A DNA stretch of 64,000 nucleotides from an uncultured Caulobacterales bacterium (GTDB lineage: Bacteria > Pseudomonadota > Alphaproteobacteria > Caulobacterales > Parvularculaceae), in the NCBI GenBank assembly GCA_964507915.1, contig CAZDRH010000009.1, positions 64,011-128,010 on the forward strand, given 5' to 3'. Of this stretch, positions 9,004-17,369 are shown in pieces. How positions within the stretch are numbered: position 1 is the stretch's first letter; each line of letters opens with the position of its first letter. The position numbers and the translations under genes were made by a program. The notes under the pieces were generated by a model. It saw only the letters and a list, made by a program, of their open reading frames with translations, was not told the origin of the DNA and made no database searches.

Positions 9004-9869
9004 AGGTCGCGTTTCTCGGGCTCGGCGTGATGGGTTTTCCGATGGCGGGCCATCTCGCAAGGGCGGGGCACGACGTCACCGTCTACAACCGCAGCGCCGA
9101 CAAGGCCGTGCGTTGGACGAGCCTGCACAAGGGCGCAGCGGCGCCAAGTCCGGACGCCAGCGTATCCGGCTGCGAGGCGGTGTTTCTGTGTCTCGGCGAT
9201 GATCCCGACGTCGAGACTGTCGCGCGCGAAGTCTTGCCAGCGATGCGGCGCGGCGCCGTACTCGTCGATCATACGACCGCTTCCCCGGCGCTGGCGCGCA
9301 CTCTGGCGGACGAAGCGAAGGCACAAGGCGTCGGCTTTGTCGATGCGCCGGTTTCCGGCGGGCAGGCGGGCGCGGAAAGCGGCAAGCTCTCCGTCATGTG
9401 CGGCGGGGAGGAGGCCCATGTCGCGGCGGCGCGACCCGCGATGGATGCCTATGCCGCCCGCATCGTGCATATCGGTCCGTCAGGACACGGACAACTCTGC
9501 AAGGCGGTGAACCAGATCGCGATTGCGGGCCTTCTTGAGGGCCTGTCCGAGGCCGTGCATTTCGCCCAATCCGCCGGGCTCGACATCGAGCGGACGCTGG
9601 AGGCGATCTCCGGCGGCGCGGCGCGCTCCTGGCAGATGGAAAACCGCTTCAAGACCATGGCGGAGGACAAATTCGATTTTGGGTTTGCAGTCGACTGGAT
9701 GCGCAAAGACCTCAGAATCGCCCTCGCCGAGGCGCGTCTCAATGGCGCAAAACTCCCCGTCGCCGCCCTCGTCGATCAGTTCTACGCCGAGGTGCAGGCC
9801 ATGGGCGGCGGCCGCTGGGACACGTCGGGCCTGGTGCGGCGGCTGAGGCGCGAGGCTAATAGGCAGTAG
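9000..9869 (+). CDS. NAD(P)-dependent oxidoreductase, 3-hydroxyisobutyrate dehydrogenase family
   Basis: MKVAFLGLGVMGFPMAGHL Rossmann motif, DAPVSGG; 289 aa; translationally coupled to the flavin reductase gene. Confidence 0.85.
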   Translation: MKVAFLGLGVMGFPMAGHLARAGHDVTVYNRSADKAVRWTSLHKGAAAPSPDASVSGCEAVFLCLGDDPDVETVAREVLPAMRRGAVLVDHTTASPALARTLADEAKAQGVGFVDAPVSGGQAGAESGKLSVMCGGEEAHVAAARPAMDAYAARIVHIGPSGHGQLCKAVNQIAIAGLLEGLSEAVHFAQSAGLDIERTLEAISGGAARSWQMENRFKTMAEDKFDFGFAVDWMRKDLRIALAEARLNGAKLPVAALVDQFYAEVQAMGGGRWDTSGLVRRLRREANRQ

Positions 9870-9981
9870 GCGCCAGGCAATGCCGGTCTGCGCGCCGCCG
9901 CCGCTGCGTTCTGCTCTTGCATACCAAGGGCCGTCTATTGCCTATTGCCTGTTGCCCCCTTTGCTCCGGAGCCCGCCAGCC

Positions 9982-11139
9982 ATGTCCGTCCTCAACGTCG
10001 CCCGCCCCGCCTGGAGAACTGAAGAGCATGACCTCTTCGAAGACTCCGCCAAGCGCTTCTTCACCAAGGAGCTTTATCCGCATGTCGAGAAATGGCGCGA
10101 TCAGGGCAAGGTCGACCGCTGGGCCTGGACGAAGGCCGCCGAGGCCGGGTTCCTTTGCGCCTCGATGCCGGAGGAGTGGGGCGGCGCCGGCGGGAACTTC
10201 GGCCATGAGCAGGTGCTGATCGAAGCCCAAGCCGCTGCCGGCGTCGAGGGCTTTGGCATGTCGCTGCACAACTGCATCGTTGCGCCTTACGTCCTCCATT
10301 ACGGAACGGACGAGCAGAAAAAGCGCTGGCTGCCGCGCCTCGCCTCTGGCGAACTCGTCGCCGCGATCGCGATGACTGAACCCGGCACGGGCTCAGACCT
10401 CCAGGCCGTGAGGACGACGGCGCTGAAAAAGGGCAACCAATACGTCGTCAACGGCCAGAAGACCTTCATCACCAACGGCCAGACGGCGAATTTCATCATC
10501 GTCGTGACGAAGACCGATCCGTCAGAAGGCGCCAAGGGCGTCTCGCTCATGGTCGTCGAGACGGACGGCGCCGAGGGCTTCCGTCGAGGGCGCAACCTCA
10601 AAAAGCTCGGCAACAAGGCGCAGGACACCTCCGAGCTCTTCTTCGACGAAGTCCGCATCCCGACCGAAAATCTTCTGGGTACGGAGGAGGGCCAGGGCTT
10701 CTTCCAGCTGATGGCGCAATTGCCGCAGGAGCGCCACCAGATCGCCGTGCAGGGCATGGCGACGATCGAGAACGCGCTGCGCCTCACCATCGATTATGTG
10801 AAGGAGCGCACCGCTTTCGGCCGGCCGATCCTCAATTTCCAGAACACGCAGTTCAAGCTCGCCGAATGCAAGGCCAAGGCGACAATGGCGCGCGTTTTCG
10901 TCGACTACTGTACGGGCGAGCTCATCGCCGGCCGGCTTGATGCGACCACGGCCTCGATGTCAAAAATGCTGATTTCCGACCTCGAAAACGAAATCGTCGA
11001 CGAGTGCCTGCAGCTCTTCGGCGGGTATGGCTACATGGACGAGTACCCGATCAGCCGCATGTATGCCGATAGCCGCGTGCAGCGCATCTATGGCGGCACC
11101 AACGAGATCATGAAGCTTCTGATCGCGCGGTCGCTCTAA
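9982..11139 (+). CDS. acyl-CoA dehydrogenase
   Basis: Trimmed to ATG 9982. AIAMTEPGTGSDL, FITNG, QLFGGYGYMDEYPISRMYADSRVQRIYGGTNEIM. Confidence 0.9.
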   Translation: MSVLNVARPAWRTEEHDLFEDSAKRFFTKELYPHVEKWRDQGKVDRWAWTKAAEAGFLCASMPEEWGGAGGNFGHEQVLIEAQAAAGVEGFGMSLHNCIVAPYVLHYGTDEQKKRWLPRLASGELVAAIAMTEPGTGSDLQAVRTTALKKGNQYVVNGQKTFITNGQTANFIIVVTKTDPSEGAKGVSLMVVETDGAEGFRRGRNLKKLGNKAQDTSELFFDEVRIPTENLLGTEEGQGFFQLMAQLPQERHQIAVQGMATIENALRLTIDYVKERTAFGRPILNFQNTQFKLAECKAKATMARVFVDYCTGELIAGRLDATTASMSKMLISDLENEIVDECLQLFGGYGYMDEYPISRMYADSRVQRIYGGTNEIMKLLIARSL

Positions 11140-12191
11140 CAGCAACCGCCGGCGGCCGGCGCCGCCGTCGTCAGCAATGCGGCGAAGACGTCGGGCGCTT
11201 TGCATCCCGGGAAGAGGCCGAAATGCCGGGCGCCGTCGCCGAGCGTCTCGAAATAGGGCGCAAAGCGCGTCTGCGTCAGCATGGCGAGTGTATTGCCGCA
11301 GACGGGGAAGGCGCGTCCCGCCTCAATCGCATGTTCGACGTCGAGGGTGAAAACGCGCTCCATGCCGGAAAGGCCCCCGCGATAGAGCACCGCTTGGCCG
11401 TAATCCTCGCAGGCGAGTTCGAGCGCGCCGAGCTTGAAGAGACGCGCGGTCACGGATGCGAAACGGATCGGCGCGGTCTTCTCTGCGATGAGCGGATCGA
11501 CCAGCGCCAGCGGCCGGTGCGCGTAGACCCTTGGGTCGGAGAAGCCGGCCGCGCGAGCCATGGCGAGATAATCACCCCAGTAGAGCGCGCCCGAAAGGCA
11601 TTCCCCGTAAAGCACGGGGTCGCGCTTCAGCGCCTCAGGCACGCGGCGGTCGGCGTAGATGTCGGAGAAAAACAATTCGCCGCCGGGCTTGAGGAGCCGA
11701 TGGGCGGCGCGGAAGACCGCCGGCTTGTCCGTACAAAGATTGATGACGCAATTCGAGACGATGACATCGAAGGACGAAGGGGCAAGGTCGAGCTTCTCTA
11801 GGTCTTCGAGATAGCCCTCGACGAAGCGCGTATTGGGCGCGGCGTAGCCGTAGGATCCCGCATGCCAGGCCTCATGCGCCCGCGCGACGCCGAGTTGCTC
11901 CTCAGTCATGTCAACGCCGACGACCCGGCCGCGTTCGCCGACAAGGCGGGCAAGCGCAAAAACATCGCGTCCGGCGCCGCAGCCGAGGTCGAGAATGTTG
12001 AGGCCTTCGAGCGCCGGCGGGATGACGAGGCCGCATCCGAAATAGCGCGCGGCGACCGCCTCATGCACGCCTGCAAGCGCCCGGCGCACATGTTCCGGCG
12101 GCGCGCCGACCGTCGTGCACGCGTCAGTTTTGAGATCGGTGGTTCCGCTGAGCGTCTTGCCGTAATAGTCCTTGACGAGTTCGTGGTTCAT
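11136..12191 (-). CDS. arsM: ArsM-like SAM-dependent (arsenite) methyltransferase with C-terminal domain
   Basis: YYGKTL..DLKTDAC, RYFGCGLVIP, SAM motif ILDLGCGAGRD, SNCVINLC, LYGECLSGALYW, C-terminal CEDYGQAVLY / FPVCGNT. The conserved Cys positions of ArsM-type enzymes are present. Confidence 0.65.
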   Translation of the reverse strand: MNHELVKDYYGKTLSGTTDLKTDACTTVGAPPEHVRRALAGVHEAVAARYFGCGLVIPPALEGLNILDLGCGAGRDVFALARLVGERGRVVGVDMTEEQLGVARAHEAWHAGSYGYAAPNTRFVEGYLEDLEKLDLAPSSFDVIVSNCVINLCTDKPAVFRAAHRLLKPGGELFFSDIYADRRVPEALKRDPVLYGECLSGALYWGDYLAMARAAGFSDPRVYAHRPLALVDPLIAEKTAPIRFASVTARLFKLGALELACEDYGQAVLYRGGLSGMERVFTLDVEHAIEAGRAFPVCGNTLAMLTQTRFAPYFETLGDGARHFGLFPGCKAPDVFAALLTTAAPAAGGCC

Positions 12192-12230
12192 GAGCGGATC
12201 AGACTCTCCATTTGCAACGACGCGTTCGGA

Positions 12231-13172
12231 TTAACGTGAGCATGCGCCGCCGCTGAGCACGCAGAAACTCGCGCACCACGGATGATTGAGCGCGACGGCG
12301 CGGCGAGATTGCGCAAGCGTCGATCCGAGCTCGAAGCGGGCGTCATAGGGAAGGAGCGTGCACGCGACGACGGCGGGGGCCGCTGCGCCCTTGCGCTTCA
12401 CCACCATGCGCTGCGAGGCGCACATCACGTCGTCGGGCGACTTATTGAGGATGGACCAGCAACCAACCGAAATCTCCGGCGGATCGGCGTCTGGCGTCAT
12501 CTCGGGAAAGAGGACGAGCGCCTTGGGGTCGAAAGCGTCGATGAGCAGACCGTAATTCGAGAATAGTCTTCCATAGCCCTGCCGCGCTGCTGCCTCCGCT
12601 TCATCCCAGAGAGTGCGTCCCGCAACGCTGAGCGGGAAGCCTTCGCGCGCGAGCCAGACAAGGCCCGTCAGAGCATCCTCGAATGAACCAGCCCCGCGCT
12701 CGGCGTTATGGCATGCGGCCGTAAAGTGATCGAGGCTGACGCGCAGCGTAAGCATCCCGGGATGCCCGTCGCGTAACTTCAGAAGATATGCCGCGACGCG
12801 CGGCCGTCGCATCGGCCGCATGGCGTTCGTCAGCACCAGGACCCGATGCCCACGCTGGAGCGCGGCCTCGATCATCGCCGGCGTTTCGGGCGCCATGAAG
12901 GGCTCGCCGCCAGTGAAGCCGATTTCGACGCCGCGTTCCCCTGCCGCGTCGAGTTCGTCAAGATACGGCAGAATGTCGGCGAGGGCGAGATAAGCAAGCC
13001 GGTCGTTCTTCGGCGAGCTTTCGATATAGCAATGCGCGCATTCGATGTTGCACAGCGTGCCGGTGTTGAACCAGAGCGTACGCATGCCGCCGAATGCGAC
13101 CGTGGCCCGCATTTCGCCCTTGGCGGTCCGGTATGCGTCGGCGAATTTGGTCAGTGCGCGCTCCGTCTCCAC
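12231..13172 (-). CDS. arsS: radical SAM protein with Cys-rich C-terminus (ArsS-like)
   Basis: CNIECAHCY (CxxxCxxC) near the N-terminus, GGEPF, C-terminal HPWCASFCVLSGGACS. GTG start at 13172. Sits directly upstream of the ArsM-like gene on the same strand. Family assignment is tentative. Confidence 0.45.
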   Translation of the reverse strand: METERALTKFADAYRTAKGEMRATVAFGGMRTLWFNTGTLCNIECAHCYIESSPKNDRLAYLALADILPYLDELDAAGERGVEIGFTGGEPFMAPETPAMIEAALQRGHRVLVLTNAMRPMRRPRVAAYLLKLRDGHPGMLTLRVSLDHFTAACHNAERGAGSFEDALTGLVWLAREGFPLSVAGRTLWDEAEAAARQGYGRLFSNYGLLIDAFDPKALVLFPEMTPDADPPEISVGCWSILNKSPDDVMCASQRMVVKRKGAAAPAVVACTLLPYDARFELGSTLAQSRRAVALNHPWCASFCVLSGGACSR

Positions 13173-13541
13173 GCTGCGACTCTTGCCGCAGCATGGGCGC
13201 CAAAGCCAGTCACCATTTGGCGAGCAAACCCTGGGACGGCGCCGGAACGCCGCACCCGAACCCGGCGGGAACGAGGCAGATCGTGTTGCAAGATGGTGCG
13301 GTATCCGCGCCCCGTATGGCGTTCGAACTCATGCTTGGGCGTAGGCTTCGCCCTTGGCCGGTGTTGACATGGCGAGGGCGGGGGCCTACCCACGGCGCGG
13401 TTCTTCCGTACGCCGAGGGGCTCCATGTTCCGACCGACGACCACATGCGCCGTCTTCGCCGCGCTCATCAAGCGCTCGGCGTCGCGCGTGCGCACAGGGA
13501 GGAGCCCGGACTGAACGCCTGAAACCGTTCCAGCCGCCAAG

Positions 13542-13571
13542 CCCTCCCGAGACCGCTCCGGAGGGTTTTTT
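13542..13571 (+). terminator. rho-independent terminator 43 nt upstream of the MATE gene
   Basis: CCCTCCCGAG (13542-13551), loop ACCG, CTCCGGAGGG (13556-13565): 9 of 10 pairs, followed by TTTTTT (13566-13571). The U-run lies only on the + strand. Confidence 0.7.
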
Positions 13572-13613
13572 CTTGCCCGCCGGACTCTTTGAAACGCCAC
13601 ACCAGAGTTCGCT

Positions 13614-15032
13614 ATGCAAAGTACGATGGAACTTTCAAAAGCGGCCGCGCTCGCCCCCTGGCGCGCGGAACTGAAGGCATTGCTCGCGCTCGGCCTGCCG
13701 ATGGCGCTGACACAGCTCGTTCAGATGTCGATCCAGACGGTTGACGTACTGATGATCGGCCGCCTCGGCGCTGAGCCGCTTGCCGCCGCTTCGCTCGGCG
13801 TCGTGTTCTTTTTCACCATCTTTATCGCCGGCCTCGGTCCCGGCATGGCGGTCACGCCCATGGTGAGCCAGGCGCTGGGTCGCGATCCGGAGAACTACGA
13901 CGAAGTGCGCCGAACAGTCCGCATGGGCCTGTGGATTTCAGCGCTCCTGTTCTTCCCGGCCTTTGCGCTCCTCGCCAATGCGCCGGCGATTGCGCGCGCG
14001 CTCGGTCAGCCCGAAGCGCTCGCAGCCATGGCGGGGCCTTATGTCCTGGCGCTTGCGCCTTCCGTTCCCTTCATGATCGCCGTCGTCATCCTGCGAAACT
14101 TCCTCGCCGCGATCGGACGCACGCGGGCGCCGCTGATCTTCATCGTCGGGACGACGTTTCTGAACGCCGGGCTCAACTATCTGTTGATCTACGGATCGTT
14201 CGGATTTCCGCGCCTTGAGCTTTTCGGCGCGGGCGTCGCTTCGTCGATCAGCCATGCCGCGGGCTTCGCCATGCTGGCGCTCTATTGCCGGTTTGACGCG
14301 AAAGCGAAGAAGTTCGATATCTTCAAGGATGTGCTGCAGCCCGACTGGGCGCGCCTGAAGGAGATCACGGCGCTCGGTTGGCCGATCGCCGTCACCATCG
14401 CCTTTGAGGGCATGCTGTTCAATTCCTGCGTCTTCCTCATGGGCCGGATCGGCGTCGATGAGGTCGCGGCGTATCAGGTGGCGCTCAATGTCGCGTCGAT
14501 TGCCTTCATGGCGCCGCTCGGCCTGTCCATGGCGGGCGCGACACGGATCGGTCTTGCGGCGGGCGCCGGCGATGAAGCCGGCGTCTTGCGGGCCGCCGCC
14601 GTGACGGCGCTTGCCTGCACGGCCGTGATGATCCTTTTCTGGGCTCCCTTATTGCCATTCCCGAAGGCTGTCGCGGGCTTCTATCTCGACACGGCCAAGC
14701 CGGAGAATGCCGCGGTTGTCGCCATGGTCGTGCAATTCCTGCCGATTGCCGCGGCCTTTGCATTGTTCGACGCAACGCAAGTCGCCTTCAACCAGTGCCT
14801 GCGCGGTCTAAAAGACGTCCGTGCGCCAATGATCATCACAGGCGTCGCCTATTGGGCGATCGGATTTCCGCTCGCAGCCTGGCTAGGGCTCGGCACGAAA
14901 ATGGGCACCGTCGGCGTCTGGTGGGGACTTTGTGCGAGCCTTATCGTCGTATCGATCTGGCTCAGATGGCGGCTCTACCGCATCGTGCGCAAGGGCGCCT
15001 GGCGCGCTGCTTCAGACGGCGCGCCGGGTTAG
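13614..15032 (+). CDS. MATE family efflux transporter
   Basis: 472 aa, 12 predicted TM segments. N-terminal LLALGLPMALTQLVQMSIQTVDVLMIGRLG is typical of NorM/MATE. Confidence 0.88.
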   Translation: MQSTMELSKAAALAPWRAELKALLALGLPMALTQLVQMSIQTVDVLMIGRLGAEPLAAASLGVVFFFTIFIAGLGPGMAVTPMVSQALGRDPENYDEVRRTVRMGLWISALLFFPAFALLANAPAIARALGQPEALAAMAGPYVLALAPSVPFMIAVVILRNFLAAIGRTRAPLIFIVGTTFLNAGLNYLLIYGSFGFPRLELFGAGVASSISHAAGFAMLALYCRFDAKAKKFDIFKDVLQPDWARLKEITALGWPIAVTIAFEGMLFNSCVFLMGRIGVDEVAAYQVALNVASIAFMAPLGLSMAGATRIGLAAGAGDEAGVLRAAAVTALACTAVMILFWAPLLPFPKAVAGFYLDTAKPENAAVVAMVVQFLPIAAAFALFDATQVAFNQCLRGLKDVRAPMIITGVAYWAIGFPLAAWLGLGTKMGTVGVWWGLCASLIVVSIWLRWRLYRIVRKGAWRAASDGAPG

Positions 15033-16615
15033 GCTCTGAGGCGCTCGCGCGTCTTCAGGAATTGTACATTCTTGGTCCGGTCTTCCTCATACTTCGCCTC
15101 CCAGGCGTTGCGGGCGAGGAAGACCGGCGCCTCGAAGCGGTCGAACGCAATCTGCGATTTGTGCGTCGAGATGAAGCCCTCAAGTGCGGCCTTGTCATCG
15201 CTGACGAGCCAGCGCGCGATTTCATAGCCGCAGGGCTCAAGCTTGGCGGCGACGCCATATTCGGCCGCCATACGCGCCTCGATCACGTCAAGCTGAAGCG
15301 CGCCGACGACGCCGACATAAACGTCCGCGCCCAGCATCGGCGTGAAGAGCTGGCTTGCGCCTTCTTCTGCAAGCGAGGTGATCGCCTTTTTCATCTGCTT
15401 CGATTTCAGGGGATCGGCGAGGCGGACGCGGCGGATGATCTCCGGCGCGAAGTCCGGGAGCCCTGTGTAGCGCAGGCCCGGGATTTCGGTCAGCGTGTCG
15501 CCGACCGAGAGAACGCCATGATTGGGCACGCCGATGATGTCCCCGGCGACGGCCTCTTCCGCACGCTGACGGTCCTGCGCGAAGAAGAAGATGGGGTTGT
15601 TGATCGCCAGCGCCTTGTCAGTGCGGGTGTTGTTGAGCTTCATGCCGCGCTTGAACTCGCCCGAGCAGAGCCGCACAAAGGCGACGCGGTCGCGATGGTT
15701 CGGGTCCATATTGGCCTGGACCTTGAACACGAAGCCCGAAACGCCGGGGTCGGACGGAGAGACCTCGCGGCCCGCCGCCTGTTGGGGCTTGGGCGGCGGC
15801 GCGAAAGCGGCGATGTCGCGCAACAATTCTCGGACCGAAAACTGGCGCAAGGCCGAGCCGAAGTAGACCGGCGTCTGCGCGCCATGCAGGAATTGCTCGC
15901 GGTCGAAGGCGGGATAGCCGTCGCGCGCGAGCGCGATCATCTCGCGCGCCTCAGCCGCCACATCCGCGCCGACGAAATCGTCGAGACGCGGGTCGCCAGG
16001 CCCCTCAATCGTCTCGACACGGCCGAAATTGCGGTCGTCGATCCCGGCCTCCATCAGGATGCGGGAGCGGGCGATGTCGAAACATCCCCTGAACGCCGTG
16101 CCGAGGCCGAGCGGCCAGACCATCGGCGCGACATCAAGCGCAAGACGGGAAGCGACCTCGTCGAGCAATTCGAACGGGTCCTTGCCCTCGCGATCGACCT
16201 TGTTGACGAAAGTGAGGATCGGAATATCGCGCAGGCGGCAGACTTCGAAGAGCTTCAGCGTCTGGGACTCGATCCCCTTCGCCGCATCGATCACCATGAC
16301 GGCAGAGTCGACGGCCGTCAGCGTGCGGTAAGTGTCCTCGGAGAAGTCTTCGTGGCCCGGCGTGTCGAGCAGGTTGAAGGTAATACCGTCGACCTCGAAC
16401 GTCATGGCGGATGTCGTCACGGAGATGCCGCGCTTTTGTTCGATCTCCAGCCAGTCGGACCGCGCGCGCCGGCGCTCGCCCTTGGCCTTGACCTCGCCCG
16501 CGATGCGGATGGCGCCGGACGCCAGCAGCAGCTTCTCGGTCAGGGTCGTCTTACCGGCGTCGGGGTGGGCGATGATCGCGAAGGTGCGGCGGGAGAGATA
16601 GGGGGGGTCTGGCAT
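15029..16615 (-). CDS. prfC: peptide chain release factor 3
   Basis: Trimmed to ATG 16615. RRTFAIIAHPDAGKTTLTEKLLL (G1), DTPGHEDF, NKVDRE; 528 aa. Confidence 0.92.
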   Translation of the reverse strand: MPDPPYLSRRTFAIIAHPDAGKTTLTEKLLLASGAIRIAGEVKAKGERRRARSDWLEIEQKRGISVTTSAMTFEVDGITFNLLDTPGHEDFSEDTYRTLTAVDSAVMVIDAAKGIESQTLKLFEVCRLRDIPILTFVNKVDREGKDPFELLDEVASRLALDVAPMVWPLGLGTAFRGCFDIARSRILMEAGIDDRNFGRVETIEGPGDPRLDDFVGADVAAEAREMIALARDGYPAFDREQFLHGAQTPVYFGSALRQFSVRELLRDIAAFAPPPKPQQAAGREVSPSDPGVSGFVFKVQANMDPNHRDRVAFVRLCSGEFKRGMKLNNTRTDKALAINNPIFFFAQDRQRAEEAVAGDIIGVPNHGVLSVGDTLTEIPGLRYTGLPDFAPEIIRRVRLADPLKSKQMKKAITSLAEEGASQLFTPMLGADVYVGVVGALQLDVIEARMAAEYGVAAKLEPCGYEIARWLVSDDKAALEGFISTHKSQIAFDRFEAPVFLARNAWEAKYEEDRTKNVQFLKTRERLRA

Positions 16616-16662
16616 GCCGGCGCGCCTAGCATGAACGGAGGGCTCCCGATAGCGCTGGCGCA

Positions 16663-16691
16663 TTGACATGCAGAGTGCATGCGATTATACA
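16663..16691 (+). promoter_or_regulatory. sigma70-like promoter of vapBC with embedded inverted repeat
   Basis: TTGACA (16663-16668), 17 nt, TATACA (16686-16691). Inverted repeat CATGCA-gag-TGCATG (16667-16681) lies in the spacer. The vapB ATG at 16698 is only about 7 nt after the -10 box. Confidence 0.5.
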
Positions 16692-16697
16692 AGGCAC

Positions 16698-16928
16698 ATG
16701 AACAAACATGTGCAGATCCGCGGCGTCGCCGATGCGATGCACCGGCAATTGAAGGCTCGCGCTGCGAGCGAGGGCCTCTCCATCAGCGACTATGTGCGCC
16801 GGCTGATCGAAAAGGATCTGAAGCGGCCGAGCTGGGCCGATTTTGAAGAGCGCGCGGCGCGATTGAAGCCGATCGCATTGCCGGAGACGACGGCCCAAAT
16901 GATCCGCCGGGAGCGTGACGCCCGTTGA
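16698..16928 (+). CDS. vapB: type II antitoxin, ribbon-helix-helix (VapB/FitA-like)
   Basis: MNKHVQIRGVADAMHRQLKARAASEGLSISDYVRRLIE is a typical RHH antitoxin. Its stop TGA overlaps the vapC TTG start (TTGA at 16925-16928). Confidence 0.8.
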   Translation: MNKHVQIRGVADAMHRQLKARAASEGLSISDYVRRLIEKDLKRPSWADFEERAARLKPIALPETTAQMIRRERDAR

Positions 16929-17317
16929 TCGTGATTGACGCGTCCGTTGCGCTCGATCTCGTTCTTGCAACGGCGGAAGGACGCGAAATTTCATCGCGTC
17001 TCCACGAGTCGCGCGAGGATCTCGCCGCGCCTGAACTCATTGACCTCGAGGTGTTGCAGGCGGTGCGTCGCCAAGTGCTGCTGAAGCAGATTGAAAAACG
17101 ACGGGCCGAAGACGCTCTCGAACTCTATGCGGCGCTGCCGCTGGAGCGGTTCGGCCACCGGCCCCTCGCGGCGCGCATCTGGGCGCTCCGGGACAACCTC
17201 ACAGCCTATGATGCGGCCTATGTGGCGCTGGCCGAGCTTCTGGATGCGCCCATCTGGACCCGTGACCAGAAAATTGCGAATGCGGCAGGCGTAAAGGCGC
17301 GTGTTGAAATCCTTTGA
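16925..17317 (+). CDS. vapC: type II toxin, PIN-domain ribonuclease VapC
   Basis: IVIDASVALDL (first acidic residue), AYDAAYVALAE, WTRD; 130 aa; TTG start coupled to vapB. Confidence 0.85.
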   Translation: MIVIDASVALDLVLATAEGREISSRLHESREDLAAPELIDLEVLQAVRRQVLLKQIEKRRAEDALELYAALPLERFGHRPLAARIWALRDNLTAYDAAYVALAELLDAPIWTRDQKIANAAGVKARVEIL

Positions 17318-17369
17318 TCTCAGGCGCAGGGCCGTCGCATAAGGCGCGACGCAGACGGCAAGATCACTT

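Noticed and set aside
13300-13345. GCGTTCGAACTC resembling a tRNA/tmRNA T-loop.
   Set aside because: No complementary T-stem, acceptor stem or CCA-proximal structure could be built on either strand.
13380-13571. Naming the MATE leader as a guanidine-I (ykkC) or guanidine-III riboswitch.
   Set aside because: Only short partial matches (GGGAGGAGCCCGGAC, CCGGAC) were seen. The other conserved blocks (CUAGGGUUCCG and GGUCCGAGAG types) were not found. It is reported only as an unclassified structured leader.
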